A stretch of DNA of 64,000 bases from Lama glama (Eukaryota). This document shows, piece after piece, positions 1 to 20,060 of the stretch. The notes beneath the pieces are model-generated. The model was not told where the DNA came from. It saw nothing but the letters and a program-made list of their open reading frames with translations, and made no database searches. The stretch covers positions 37,262,001 through 37,326,000 of the forward strand of contig CM052837.1 in assembly GCA_028534125.1 (NCBI GenBank), written 5' to 3'. How positions within the stretch are numbered: the first letter of the stretch is position 1; each line of letters opens with the position of its first letter. Made by a program: the position numbers and the translations under genes.

Positions 1-200
1 TCGCCCCGCCCCCCGTTAACCCCTGCGCCGCCGTGCGGGCCCCAGGAAGAAAAGGGCGGGAGGAGAGGGAAGAGAGATGAGGGAAGCGGACCCCTTTCCG
101 CTCCCCGGACACCTGTGCCCTGACGGGGGAATCGGCCCCCTGGTCTCACCTGGGGTGAGCAGGACCGGGCAAGCACACTGCCTGAGCAGAACCCCTAGCT
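1..200 (-). promoter_or_regulatory. Edge of a CpG island with GC boxes; probable KCNQ2 promoter region (gene lies left of the window)
   Basis: CpG-rich start with GC boxes (CGCCCCGCCCCC). The KCNQ2 assignment rests only on conserved synteny (KCNQ2-EEF1A2); no KCNQ2 coding sequence is present. Confidence 0.45.
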
Positions 201-960
201 CTCTCTGGCTCCCCAAGCGGTACCAGGGCCCAAGCCCTGTTGAATTCTTACCAGCTGGGCCCTGGGACTGGACACCTTGGAGTGGGGCAGGTACCGGCTC
301 TTGCCAGGCTATGACCCAGCCGCCTGGGGACAATATGCTCTTGGCCTCTGGATGAACCAGGCATGAGGACCCCCAAGACCCCAGCCCCCTGGGTGTGCAG
401 AGAGGTGCCTGGGGAGAACCTAAGAGGTAGCCTGAACTGGGCCTTGAGGAAGGCATCTTGGGCAGGGGCAAGGCGGGCATTTGCAGAGGTCTCTTGGCAG
501 GGAGAGGGGCAAGGATGGTCAGAAAGGCGAGGCCTGAGAGACTCACCCCTGGAGGACCTCGAAGTCTTTGTTCTACAGACCCCAGAGGGGCCTGCCACAG
601 GAGCAGGGGATTGAGGGTGGGTCTCAGGCAAGGCCTAGGCCTGAGGCCAGTAGGGACGCTGGTGCCACAGTACAGGACAAAGGAGGGCAAGCTCTGGACA
701 CAGACGGCAGGCTGTCCCCTTAAAGGAGACTCGGCAGAGTTGGCCTCCTCTAGCCATGGGTGTCCTGAGGGGTCGCTCTGGACCCTGCTGCTGGAAGGCC
801 AAAGGACCCTTTCCTCAGCCCCTGAGGGGTCCCTGCACACTTGATGCTGTCAGTGCCTCCCCTGTGCCCACGGGAGCCTCCCTCTGCACACCTGGGATGG
901 TGCTGCCGGCAGGTGCCCCTCCTGATGACATTCAGCCCCTCCCACATCCATCCGGCGTGG

Positions 961-996
961 TGGGGTCTACCGTGGGGTCTACCGTGGGGTCTACCG
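961..996. repeat. Tandem repeat, 12-bp unit TGGGGTCTACCG x3
   Basis: Three exact copies read directly from the sequence. Confidence 0.9.
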
Positions 997-2341
997 AGAG
1001 AAAGGCCCTGCTGAGCACCTGGTGCTGCCCCCTCAAGTAACTCAGCCGCTAAAACAGTAGGCCCCCTGGCTCCAGGGCAGCTGTGTTGTTTGCCCTTTGG
1101 GTTCCAAAGCCAGTGGCCTGGGCTTTTTTTTTAATTGGGCAGAAAACATAATGGTCAATGCAGGTCATCTAGAAGGTTGGAGATGGACTGCAGCTCATGC
1201 CACACACATACTTGTGCACACAGGTTCGTCCTGGGGCCACACCTCTGACCCCCAACTGCCTGCCTCCATGCCTGGTCACTAGCTATGATCATCAGCATTA
1301 GGTAGGTTTGCCCCAAGTGGTTGCAGGCACCCCCACTGAGCCCAGGCTGAGGAAGGAGGCGCCAACCTGGTCAGTTCAAGGGGCGGAGGTGGACCTGGGT
1401 TACAAAAGGAAAGAAGGGACCACTGGGTCCCCACACATGCTAGGTCTACATGGGGAGGGGGCGCATCTGGGGGACACTCACATTCAGTCCTCAGAAACCG
1501 GACATGCAGATGCCACAAGGTTTGGGCCACCTTGTCGTACTGAGGAGGAGCCTTCCAGACCCCGGGGTTCCACCTGAGCTGGGCATGGTACCTTCTGGAC
1601 CGTGAGAGCCCCTCCCCAGGGTAGGATGGGAGAGCAAAGTGGGCCCATGGTTAGAGTGGTTCACAGAGGATGAAGGTGTCACTTTAGCTGGTACGTTGAG
1701 ACAGGAGCAAGGTTTGGGCTCTGCGTTCTAGGGCGCTGAGCAGGAAGAAAGAGGAGTGGGTGTCCTTGAAGACTGAGGGGCCCCTGGCTATCTTCAAGAT
1801 CTCCTGGGGGAGGCAGTGCTGAAAGGGACCCCTCACCCAAAGGCTGGAAGGGGACCAGGCTCAGGTGCAGGTGGCCTCTGCCTCCCTGAGCCCCCGCTCG
1901 CTTGTCCCCAGTGGCCTTGGCACCAACAATTTTGCCACATCTCTCAGGGGTTCTGGAAGGCGAACCTGCATCAAAGTTTGGAAACCTCTTCCTCTATTTA
2001 GGGCATCTTTTCCATGATCACTGACGCTCTCAGCTTTGTGTCTTGCACACCATAGACAGTGTGCCATCAGCGTCCTGGTCACCACTGCCCCCACCCCTGC
2101 AACCCAGGCAAAGCAGGTCCGTTGAAGACAGTCAGTTGGAGCTGAATTTCATGCAAGCGAGAAGAACTCCATTTATTTAAAAATAGATGGGAAGAGCTTT
2201 CAGGCTCAAGCCATCTTTGCCAAGACTGCACTGACAGGATCCAGAGAAGAGGAGTGGAAAAATTCAGATGCACATGACACCCAATTCCAGTTTGGGAAGA
2301 ACGCTTTCACCGGAACTTTGGGGCAGCAGACGCCCAAGCCG

Positions 2342-2361
2342 GGCGCTGTCCTTTCAGCACC
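2342..2361. promoter_or_regulatory. Non-canonical RE1/NRSE (REST) site with inverted half-sites
   Basis: GGCGCTGTCC (reverse complement of right half GGACAGCGCC) at 2342-2351, 1 nt from left half TTCAGCACC at 2353-2361. Confidence 0.5.
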
Positions 2362-4184
2362 ACCGGCACCGCGCGCTCTCCCCTGAACCTTCCGAGCCAA
2401 ACACCCTCTTCTTTCGCCCTCTCCCCATGGCCTTCTCCTCCTGACTGGCACGTCACTAAGCAGCCAGAATGGAATATTGAGCTGACAAAACTGATGTTGG
2501 CCACTGTCACATCAGAGGCCAGCTCAGGGTCTCACAAATCCCCTCCCCAAGTATTACTGTGCTTTCTTTTCCCATGGGGAGCTCATCCCGCAGGGCTGTG
2601 ACCCTGCCTCTCCTGTCCTGGCTCCCCTGCCTTTGTGTGCCTCTCACCCACCATCGTGTCCCCCCGAGCCTGTCACAGACAGGACCCACGATGTAGTCCG
2701 GGGATGTCACAGCTGCTGTTGGCAGAGGCCATCGGGAAATATACCTGGATTATCCCATCTTTGGGGAACCTACAATGGTGACCCTCCCCATGGCGGTGAA
2801 GCTGAGACAGTGGGCTCAGCACCTCCCGGGAACCCACTTCTCCGCAATGCCGGTGGCTCATGTCTCTAGTTCCACACACTCAACCTTGGACGGTGGGGCC
2901 AGAAGGGAAGACATCAGAGCAGAAGAGAGTCAGTGGGGAAGAAGCCAGCTTCCACCGGCTGCCCATCCTGGCCAAGGGCCATCAGCTGCGAGGGCGTGCA
3001 GGCCACTCTAGTGGAGGGGGAGGTGGCTCCAGCACCTTGCTGCGGGGGCCCTTTTGGCACAGCCCCATGGGATGCTCTGCTGAGACCCTGCAGCCACAAA
3101 GAAGATCCTTACATCCCGCTCGTGGCCAGTGACCACAAGGACACGGGGGACCAACGCTGAAAAGCAGCATCTCCCGTCCCATCCCCTCCCCGCTTCCTCC
3201 CAGCAGGGAAGGAGCAAGCTCCTTCTTCAGTCATGGTGCCTTCAGGAAAGCAGACGACCACACGGCACCCAGAGAGAAAGCTCTGCCAGACAGAGATCAA
3301 GACTTCATTTGGGGAATGAGAAGAGCCAGGTTCTCGGTCGTGTAACCTGGGTCAGGGCTGCTGTTGCCCTCGCCCTGTGGTTTGGGCAGCAGGAAGTGCC
3401 TACCAGACAGAAAGTCCCGGCCCTCCCTGCCAAGGAATTTTCCGTTATTAGGGAGAAGGGCTGTGCTATTTATCCAACTTATGGGGGAACAGGGAAGTGA
3501 GGAAAGTATTTAAGACATGAAAGCACTGATTTTTTAAGTCATCTTACGCTAAAGTCAATATAAATTTAGTTTATAGTTTTTTCAAGATTGGGACTCTCAG
3601 CAAGCTCTCCAGCCCCTGGCAAACCAGCCAGTTGTGTGAGAGGGAATTTCTCACCCACCAGTAACACCTTGACACCAGGAGCCCACGGTCGCCCGTGGCA
3701 GCAGAAACAGGCCAGGCGAGGGTGGCCCTGGATGTGTCTAGAGGGCAGAAATCAACTTGTAGATTCTGGACCGTCCAGGGAGCCCCTAGACTGGCACTCT
3801 GCCTCGAGGTGCCCCCACCCCACACCCCAGCTTCTAGGAGCAGGGGCTGTTTGGGAGGCTGTGCGTTTTGTCCTCATCAGTCCATGGCTTCTGTACAAGG
3901 TATCTCACCCTCCCCTTTCCACACCTCTGGGCAAATGTGGAGTCTGCGACACTCATCCTCATTCCGTGAGAGAGAAAACAGGGCTCAGAGCTCACACATT
4001 CTGGCTCTGAGGTGTGACCCAGGCCCCACTTAGGTTCTCAACTTGCCGTCTCTCCCAAGGCAAGTTGAGGACATCCACTTTCCTCGCCACAGACTCTTCA
4101 CCTCTGTGATCCAGCCCTGCAGCTCACAGACCACCCCGTCCTCACCCCACCTCCCTACCTCCCACCTCCCTACCCTGGGCACAT

Positions 4185-4580
4185 GACAGCTGCAAGGACC
4201 CTCAAGCAGGAGCCTTCACATGTACTGTTCCCTCTGCCAAGAATGCTTTTCCCTTCACTAGCACCAGAAGTTCCCTTCATGAGCACCAGAAGGTCCCTGT
4301 GTTTCTTCTCAGGGAGGCCCTGCTTGTGGGTCTCCCCTGAGGTGGGACTCCAGCCCTCCCTCTCAGCTCCAGTTCCTCATCACAACCTGAGACTCTGTTA
4401 CTTACTTTCTCTCTCCTGTTCATCCGCTACCCTGACTAGACAGGAAGCTCAAGAGGAGAGCAGTGCACACACTCACACCCGTGCACTCACAGCCCCATGC
4501 TCACACTCCCTCCCCGTGCACACGGCCACTGGCCCAGCCCACAGAAGCTGCTCATCAGCCTTCCTTGTATGAGTGAACAC
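4185..4580 (-). mobile_element. Degraded LINE-2 3' fragment
   Basis: L2-like blocks: ccttcacatgtactgttccctctgccaagaatgct, ttctcagggaggccc, ctagacaggaagctc, ending tgtatgagtgaa. Confidence 0.5.
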
Positions 4581-5401
4581 CATGTTCTAGGGCTGGATGT
4601 CACTTGGAGTCTCTAGCCAGGATGCACCCTTGATGACTCGCCTTGGGCTGGTATGGGGCAGCAGCTGCTGGGATAGACCAGGGAGGATGTGAGCCAGAGC
4701 TCAATTCCGTGGAGACAAGCTCCCCAGCAACAGAGCGGTCAGCCGCCCTGCCCACACACAGGCTGTTGGCATCTAGGCCCTGGCTGCCCGCCCACTGCCA
4801 GCCCAGGCTCGCTTGAGTGCTTGCTTGCTTGCTTGCTTGGCCAGATGTCCATTAGGCATTGGGCAGAACTGTCCAGCCTGGGGCAGAGCCCATGGGCTGT
4901 GAGAGTCCCCCCTCCCTTCACCCCCTCACCCAGGACAAGGTCACCACACACTAAGCCAGGGAGATGGGACAGAAAAGGTGGACTCCTGGACCAGCACACC
5001 AGGACACATCAGCCTAGGAGGAGCTGCAGCCGTTGGCCAGCACCAGGGGCCCTGCTGGGGTGGCCACTGAAGAACCACAGCACTGGCAAACAGGAGCTCA
5101 CCTCGCGGCAGTGCAGAAGGCCGGGGGCAGCTCCTCACTGGTCAGGCAGAGGGAGATGGTCCCACTTCATGAGGCTGCCCGGTGCTAAATGGAGATGATC
5201 CTGTAGAGCAGCACCCAGGACAGGGAAGTGCCCAGGAAAGAGCAGGGAGATGCACGGTGACCCCCATCCCAGCTTAGAAGCCCCTGCTTCCTTGGTTTCC
5301 TGCAGACCCTCCCATGGGGGAGGACTCCCAGCTCAGACCTGCTGACACACCACCCCTGCCTCCTCCCGGCGTCTAATCACAGAGATAAGATCCGCTTAAG
5401 C

Positions 5402-5603
5402 CAGTCACTCTCACGCGGGGCAGCTCTGTCCCCCAGGGGACATCTGTAATGTCTGGAGATATTTTGATTGATTGGTATGATGGGAGCAGGGACTATTGGC
5501 ATCTAATGGGTAGAGGCTTCCAAGAGTGCACAGGACAGGCTTCCCACCCCTACAGAGAATTGTTTCTCCCTGGATGATGAGAGTACTGAGGTTAAGACAC
5601 CAT
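5402..5603 (+). mobile_element. MER20 (hAT-Charlie DNA transposon fossil)
   Basis: Matches remembered MER20 consensus: cccccaggggacatctgtaatgtctggagatatttt ... ggcatctaatgggtagaggc ... tgcacaggacag ... gtactgaggttaagacacc. Confidence 0.8.
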
Positions 5604-5949
5604 GATTTGGTTAACAAGTGTTCTTTCTTAAACGGCAAATATTTCTGATATGTTAGCCATTCACACCTTAGTATGCCAACAAATGAATTTTCTCCCTAAA
5701 GCTCCTAAGGATACCTAAGCCAAGGGAGGAGAGCTTTCACAGGCAAGGAGGAAGGAGTCTGGGGTGTTGGGAAGGAGAGCAACTCCCCCCACTCCAGGAA
5801 AGGCTTTGGGTGGTGAGTATCTGCCAAATGGCGACAGGATAGCTCCTCACCGGAGTTCAACAAAGTAACCCTAGGTTTTTCCACGTTGCTATTTTCTAGC
5901 CTGATGACAACATCTACCTTTATACCATCACAGAACAAGGAATCTCTGC

Positions 5950-6130
5950 TTCTGCTTCCCAGCTCACTGGCTTACTCTAAGTGCATCACTAGGCCAGCTG
6001 TGAGACTCTCTGTCCCTCCATCCCTCAGCCTGTACATGGTGGGGTGATGCTGCTAAAGATGTCACGGGAGTGTAATGACAGTGCACAGCACCTAGAACAA
6101 TTCCTGGCATGAGTAAGCGTTACATAAGCT
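5950..6130 (+). mobile_element. Degraded MIR SINE
   Basis: MIR core/3'-like motifs: ctgtacatggtggggtgatg ... gcacctagaacaattcctggcatgagtaagcg. Confidence 0.5.
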
Positions 6131-7419
6131 TCAAAGTAAAAATAAATGAATCGATTCCAGGGCCGGCTCTGAGTGATCACATTTCCAACGTGTACCCCCT
6201 TCTTCGACACCGGGGCTGTGGATCCTGGGTGTTGGGAGACACACAGTAAAGGAAGGGCTGAGAGGACACCAGAGGCACCTAGTGTCCCCAGAGCCTGCCC
6301 CTACCCCAGCAGAGGCCGCTGCAGCCTTCCTTCTGAGAGAGCTGGGGCACAGGCAGCAGCCCTGGTCTCACCCAGACCCCAGGCCTAAAGGTGCATAGAG
6401 CCCCTATTCAGGCCCTTCCCACTCCGAGGAGCAGGAAGTTTGCTCAGAGACCTGAGACGGAAGGGGAAATTTTATAAAACCCCACTGTGGGATTCAGGAG
6501 CACGGCCCCACCCCTCTCCTCTCCCTCTGCCTGTCCTCCAAGCCCCCATGGCTCAGCACTGTGTCTTACTCTCTGGACAGCTGAGGCCTGGACCCCAGGA
6601 CCCCAGCCGGCAATACAGGCCCAGCTTCAAACAGCAGCTGGTATGATGCTCATTGCCAGAGCCTGGGGTGGGCTCCCTGGGCCAGGGAGCTGGGCCCATC
6701 AGGCACTCGGGGCTGGCACAAGCCCAGGGCACAGCCCCCAGCCCCCAGCCCCCATGGGGCTGCCAGTGTGCCTGGCAAGACGGCTTTCAGAGGCTGGGGC
6801 CACTTCGCCAAGCATCTTTAGAGACGGCCCAGAGCGTATGATCTGGTCCCTGCTCCACTGACCCTTCCAGGCCGCCTACTCTACCCAGAGTGGACACAAG
6901 ACAAGCAGGGCCTGGACAACCTCTTGCCTCCTCCTGGTCTTGGCGCCTTGCTCACTGCTACCTCAGGCCCTCTCAGCCCATGTGCAGGCCAGGCCCTGGT
7001 GTGAGGCTGACTGGACCGCCATTCTGGTAGCAACCTTGGCTGGACTCCCAGCTGATGAGCCCACATTTGAGCTGTTTTTCTCCTCGTGCAGTCATGGCCA
7101 CCCCCAGCCCTTCTCTGCCTCCTCCCCACCTGACCCCCACAGAGAGACACCAAGAGCAGGAAATAAAGCCAGGAAAGGAGGCAGCTCCCCCTTTCATGAG
7201 CTCCATCCCTCCACGACCCAGCCCAGCGGAGTCAGGAGCAGCGTGGACTCATACTCTACCCAACAAGTGTGACTGCCTGGCTGGCTTCTCCCAACATGGC
7301 TGCTGGGCCAGGAGAGCTGCCCAGTGCTGCCCTCATGCAGCCAGCCATGGGCACCCCCAGGGGTGCAGTCCTGACTCCAGGCAGCCAGCCATCAGCGCAG
7401 GTGGAGCCGAGACACAGTT

Positions 7420-7680
7420 GGTGTGTGCTCACACACAGTCATGCTCAGGTACTCATATGTGCATGCACACACATGCTCTCCTGAGCACGCACAAGATGCA
7501 CATGTATACACACACGCACACACACCTGCACACATTCACTGCCCCAGCTCCCAAGGACTCCGGTTCACTCCACCACGTTCTGCCCACACTCTACACAGCA
7601 ACACGCAGATGTGCACAGTTCTCACACAGGTCTGTACGGCTGGGTACACACCCCTGGGGCACATGTGTAGTCTGACATAC
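7420..7680. repeat. CA-rich low-complexity tract
   Basis: Degenerate (CA)n / CACATG runs. Confidence 0.65.
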
Positions 7681-9818
7681 CTACGGTCCCACTCAGAGAC
7701 ATGCTAGGGCACCCAGGAGGAGACACACCCACAGCCACCCACGAAATTAGAAACCCTGGGGTCCCGTCACTGGAGTCTGAGGTCCCTGTTCAGACACAAA
7801 ACTGTTACCACCAGGGTCACCCCAACCCCTGGAGGAGGGAGGGAAGGTGCTTCCTGCCTTCAGGGAAGGGCGCTGGGAATCCTGGGGAGACAAGGGCAGG
7901 AGAGCCAACCAATTTGCCCAGCTCAGCAGGACCCTGCAGCTCCACGGACTCATTAATTTTTCAGAGGCACCAAAAGTGCAGATTGAAGTTGCCAATCCGG
8001 TCATGGCGGGTCCTGCTTTAAATTATTCACCAGACCAGCAGAGCGGGAGAGACCTGGCCCCAGGCCCCAGGCCCCAGGTTCCAGCTTCAGGGGCCACTCG
8101 CCCTGCCTGGGCTTGGCACCAGCTCTGTGGCTTCGGAGAGGGCAGCCCCCTGGGCCCCTACGTCCTCCTTGGCAGCCCAGGCTTTCAAGCTGGGTGTGAG
8201 CACTGGTCTGTGTCCCCTGTTTGGGCCCCGACCCTGAGGCTGTACCACTGCCCCCACCCCAGGGTTCACTGTCCGGGCTCTGGTGGCCCACCCCATCCAC
8301 CCGCCGCCCCGCCCCCAGGCTCGGTGGACTCCGCCCCCTACCCTGCTCCTCTGCCCCAGCCTGCGATGGGAAAGCCCGCTGGACCAAAGGGAGGGCCCCC
8401 CACTCCAAACATTTCACCGCGCGGCCTCAGCCCGGACTCCAGGGCCCGCGCTGGGAGCTGGACAGCGGCAGGGGCAGTTGGGAGGCCACTGCGCAGTGCC
8501 AGCGAGCACCTGACCGCAGCGGCTCCTTCCACCCTCCACCTGCTCCATCCGCGCGCGCGCGTTGGGCGTCCGGGGAGCCTATGCCGGAACCTGCACCCTT
8601 GCTTCCTGCACTGCGGTTCTTAAAGTTCAGTCCAGGCACCCCAGGGCCCAAGAACCTTCCAGAAGGCCCTCAAGGTCAAAGCTGTTTTCACAGCAATACC
8701 GAGGCCTGGTCTCTGTCCAGCCTGCTCTCCCTCCTACAGTGGGGTATTCGGGGCCACGTGCTGTGTGATCTTGTGCTTCATGCATTTCTGATTTTATTTC
8801 CTGGGCACAAAACCCATGGCTACGACCCCAGTGGTGTTTGACACTGAGGGTTTGACAACCGGCACCCGGAGTGATGAAGGGCTCAGCTGTCCCACCCAGC
8901 CCTCCCCTCCCGACTGGGGCACATCTTCCCGCTATCAGGCCCCAGATGTGGCCAGAGCCCACCCTTCCCCAGAAGCCCCTCCGGAACAGCCCAGAGACCC
9001 TGGCTTCTGCCCACCCCCATCTCTGCAGGGTACTGGTGGTAGGGGAGCTCCAACCCGGAGGTCAGCGGGAAAATCCTGGGAGAAGTGCTGTGTGTGCTGC
9101 CCCCGCGTGGACACTGGGAGCTACTGCATGTCCTCACCAGCTAGGACCCAATTTCTCCTCCGCCCCCGCGAACTCCACTTTGAGAAAGGCACCAGGGGCG
9201 CAGCGAGGTACGGATCCCTACCAGGCAACAGAGTAGGAGCCTGTACCTTCCTGGGCCTGGCTTTATTACTCCATCCCCAAAGGGGCCCGAGGCGCCCAGA
9301 TCCTCCTGAGATACCCCACCCTCCACCGCTGTGGGGACCCCCGTCTGCTTCAGATTACGCTGGGCACCAGGAAACGCTTCCACTTCTGTCCTCATGCCAT
9401 CTTGGGAGTCCATGGGCCTGGAAGTATCTGTGCCCCCACACCAGAAACACGCCGACCAGAGGGGCGGGCAGTGTGACCCCAAGGGCAGCCCTCTGGTGGG
9501 CAGGACAGGTTGACATTGCTCTGCCCATGACATCTCGATGGTCAGAATTTGCTGGGACCAGAGAGTGAGTAAGGGTCCCCTCAGGGACCACACAGGGGGC
9601 TTCCTTGGACCCCAGCTGGTTTCACTCTTACCTTGTCTCAGGTTGGCAAGTTTCTCTGGCTTGACCCTAATTCTAACTGGGCCAAAATGTGTCAGAACAG
9701 CTTCCTGGGGCACAGCCTGTAGGATCACACCAGGTTCCTCTCACCAGCAATGGTGGCTCAAGGAGGCCCAGGACTGCCAGGGCTCCGGAGAGCTGCAGGA
9801 GGCCCCCAGTTTCCTTGG

Positions 9819-9970
9819 GTAGGGCCACCAGATAAAACACATAGTCCACTTTGAATCTCAGGTAAGCGACAAATACTTTTTCAGTGCAAATATCGTATGG
9901 GACATATTTACATTGAAAAGTTATCCACCATTTATCTGAAATCCAAATTTGACTGGGGATTCTGTGTCTG
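9819..9970. mobile_element. MER53 palindromic hAT MITE fossil
   Basis: tagggccaccagataaaa ... tttgaatctcaggtaagc ... tgggacatattta ... tttatctgaaatccaaatttgactggg resembles the remembered MER53 consensus; AT-rich island in GC-rich DNA. Confidence 0.7.
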
Positions 9971-10270
9971 TGTTTGCTGACTCAAGCTGCCTTCCTTGGA
10001 GGCCTCTGTGGGTCAGCTCCGACCCTTCCTGGCTACCAGCACGACCCTGGGAAGGGCGTCCTGACCCACTTTCTGCCTGGCCAATTCAGCTGTCCTTTTC
10101 CTGGTCCTCTCCCTGCGTGCAGCCCATCCCCACTCCAAGAGGCCCGTCCCCACTTTGGGACTGGGTGGGGAGACACCAGCAGCCCCTCCATGGGCTTAAC
10201 CCTGAACCACGTGCACCCTCCTCTCCTGGCTGGCCCCTTGTTTGCCTGCACAACTCCCATCCCCACCTAG

Positions 10271-10705
10271 TGTGGTGAGCTGGTTATGCTCCCAAAGACT
10301 TCAGGCCCAACCCTGGAACCTGTGACATGTGGCAAGAAAGCGTTTTGCAGAAGTGACTGAATCAAGGGTCTTGAGATGAGATTATCTGGGATTGGTCAGG
10401 TGGGCCCTCGGTGCCCTCATATCTGTCCTTGTAGGAGGGAGGCAGAGGAGACTTGACCCAGAGAACAGGAGGCCATGGGACCATGCAGACAGATTAGGGG
10501 CATGCGGTCACAGGCCAAGGAAGCTTAGCAACCACCAGAAGCTGCAGGAGACATGGGATGGACCCTTCCCGAGAGCCAGTGCAGGGCGCGGGCCTGCCCA
10601 CACTGGATCTAGTCCCAGTGGTGCTGACTGTGGACTGAGAGTTCATTGCTGCTGTGTTAAGCTGCCAGCTTGAGGTCCATTTGCTGCCGCAGCCCCAGGG
10701 GTCTC
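10271..10705 (+). mobile_element. MLT1-family (ERVL-MaLR) solo LTR
   Basis: TGTGGT start; ccctggaacctgtga; ttttgcagaagtga; tcttgagatgagattatctggga; ccaccagaagctg; tgctgtgttaagc ... gcagcccc end. Confidence 0.75.
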
Positions 10706-11132
10706 ACACTAGGGTGCCCTGCGATTGGCCCAGTGCTCACCCTGGAGGGGAGCCTGCACCCTGCAGCCCAGTTCCCGCTGAAGGCAGACAAGTCTGCACT
10801 GTGCACACTGTCAGGGAATCTGCTCACCCCCACCCTGAGCTCGGTCTGCAGCACCAACACCTGGCACAGTCTGGCTGTGTTCTGGGAGCAGAAGTGGCTG
10901 AGATGGGAGTGGTCCTGCTGCTCCACCCCCTACTCCCACCCCCACACCCTGTGCTCACTGACCAAGGTCAGGGCTTGCTCTGGGGTTCCTGGGGCTGGAG
11001 TTCCTGGGTGTGCCAAGGGCCCCGATGCGAAGCAGGATGGATAGGAAGCTGTCTCCAGCCACAAGTGACCGGCTGGCAAGGACAGTAAGACAGGGCTTCC
11101 AAGGGCGTGGGAGCTGGAAAATCCGGGTTTTC

Positions 11133-11158
11133 TGTGTGTGTGTGTGTGTGTGTGTGTG
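11133..11158. repeat. (TG)n microsatellite
   Basis: About 13 TG units read directly. Confidence 0.95.
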
Positions 11159-11525
11159 AGACAATCACGCGTGGGGGAGGAGCCCTCAGCCCATCTGTCC
11201 TTGGAGAGAGCCCAAGAACACTCAACCCCCTTCTGCGGGTCCGAAGTGGCTTTGTCCTGGAAGCCCCCACAGGGGGAACGCCAAAGCCCCCTCACCAGCT
11301 GGACTCGGGATCCAGCGCCCCACGGCCCACCCCAGGTAGCCCAGGAGGACACTGGTCAAGGCGCCGGCAGGGCTGGTGGACCCCGGGCGGGACGCCGAGC
11401 GGGGAGAGGCCACCAGCTTGGTCGGGGACCTGGAAGGGGCCCTAACAAGCACCCTCCTGCAGGACAGGCCGCCCCGCCCCACCCCACCCCCAGCAGCAGG
11501 CGCACACGGCTCCGGGGTCGCTCAG

Positions 11526-11531
11526 TTTATT
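11526..11531 (-). terminator. EEF1A2: EEF1A2 polyadenylation signal AATAAA
   Basis: tttatt on the + strand, about 250 nt downstream of the EEF1A2 stop codon. Confidence 0.85.
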
Positions 11532-11784
11532 GGTAAAACGGGCACTGAGCGTGGTGAAGGCTGGACGCGGAAGCCGGGGCGGCAGGGGCGCTTTTCCTCT
11601 TAAAGAACTTCCACTGGACCTTGATGGCGAGCATCCAGTCGCTGACGGAGAGCCTCTTACAAGCGGAGGTGCAGACATGCGCCTGGAGGGGGGGCGGGGC
11701 TCCGGGGCCGCGCCGGGGGTGGGGCCGGGGGCGGGGGCGGGGCGCGGCGCCGCCGGGGAGGGTCGCGCCGCGGGCGCCCGTGCT

Positions 11785-18708
<6,924 letters not shown>

Positions 18709-19429
18709 TCACCCTGCCCTGTCCCCAGGACTTGCTCCCCCACCCGGAGTCCTGGGCCAGGACACTGCACCCGACCCCACCCCACCCCCACCCGCAGAGC
18801 TGCCACCAAGGAGAGACGGTCAGCGTTTCCCACTCCCCATCCCGAGCAGGGACAGCGCCATCTTCCTCTCATCCCTGCCCGGCTGGCTGGCACCAGGGGA
18901 GACAGGCTGGATCAGAGCTCAGGCACGGTGATGCGATGCCCAGATGAGGGGCCCAGAATAGCTCAGGCCCTCCCGGGATCTGGACGGGGGCAGACAGTAG
19001 GGCGGGGGGGGGGGTCTCTGCTCTGTCCAGAGGAGGGAGAATCTGGCCCCAACAGCCAAGCTCAGCAGACGCCAGACAGATGCCTCAGCCTGGTGGAATA
19101 AGGGGCCATCCCCTCCTCCTTCCCTCTGGTCACAGGGTCACAGCCCCTGCCCCATTCTGGAGGTTAGTGAAGAAACCTAGGCAGGCCAGGAGGGGACAGG
19201 TGGCTGGGGGAGGGAAAGAGAGCGAAAACCGTGCACCCTAGGGTGGGGACACTGGGTGGACATGCCGGCATGGCAGGGGGCAGGGTGGCAAGGACCCCTC
19301 AGGTCTCACTGCCTCCCTCTTCCCACTCCGTCGACAGGGCACCCCCAGCGCCCACCTTTACCAGCCCCAGCGCTGACGACCCTGCCCCAACCCCGCAGGG
19401 CCCCAGGTGGTCCCAAGGTCACAGCTCCA

Positions 19430-20060
19430 GGGTGATCGCAGCAGCCCAGGAGACCAGCCCCCGCGGCAGCTGCCGCGTAAATAAGCGCCCTCGCTGTGCC
19501 CCTACCCCACGCCCGGGGACTGACCGCCCGCGCCGGGTCCGGGAGTGCGAGGCCGGCGGCCGATCTCCGCGGTGAGCAGCGCAGCCTCGCCAGGCGCCGA
19601 GCCTGGCCCCTCTCTGCCCCTAGGGCCAGTCCCCAGGGAAAGGACCCTCTGCGGAAAGCTGGGCGCGGGGGCGGGGACCCGGAGGCCCAGCGTCCTTACC
19701 CAGAGCCGAGGTCTCAGCCAGAGGGACTGGCAGCACCGGCGCCGGCGGTTTTATCTCTCCAGGAGGGGGTCCACCTATTGACGGAGCAGGCGCAATGCAC
19801 TGCGCCCCTGCAGTACGGCAATGCGGTACCCGCGCGGGCGGGGCCGGGGGGCGGGGACGCAGGGATGCAGGGATGCAGGGATGCAGGGAAGGCGGCCCGC
19901 GGACGCTTGCGAGAGCGGCAGGGGCGTGAGAAGGGGATGCGGCGAGGGAGCGAGCTACAGAGGCAGAGAAGAGCCCCCGAGGAAGGGCGGCGCGTGGAGA
20001 CAAACACCCGCGGAGGCAGGGGAGGGGTGGGGACCCGGAGAGGGAGACAGAGGGAGGGAG
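19430..20060 (-). promoter_or_regulatory. EEF1A2: EEF1A2 CpG-island promoter with TATA-like GATAAAA (19749-19755) and GC boxes
   Basis: CpG-dense; GATAAAA about 25 nt upstream of exon 1; 8-bp repeat (GCAGGGAT)x4 at 19859-19890. Confidence 0.8.
19700..19728 (-). other. EEF1A2: EEF1A2 non-coding exon 1 (5' UTR)
   Basis: AGTCCCTCTGGCTGAGACCTCGGCTCTGG followed by a GTAAGG donor; resembles the remembered human mRNA 5' end. The exon 2 acceptor is at 18409-18411. Confidence 0.8.
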
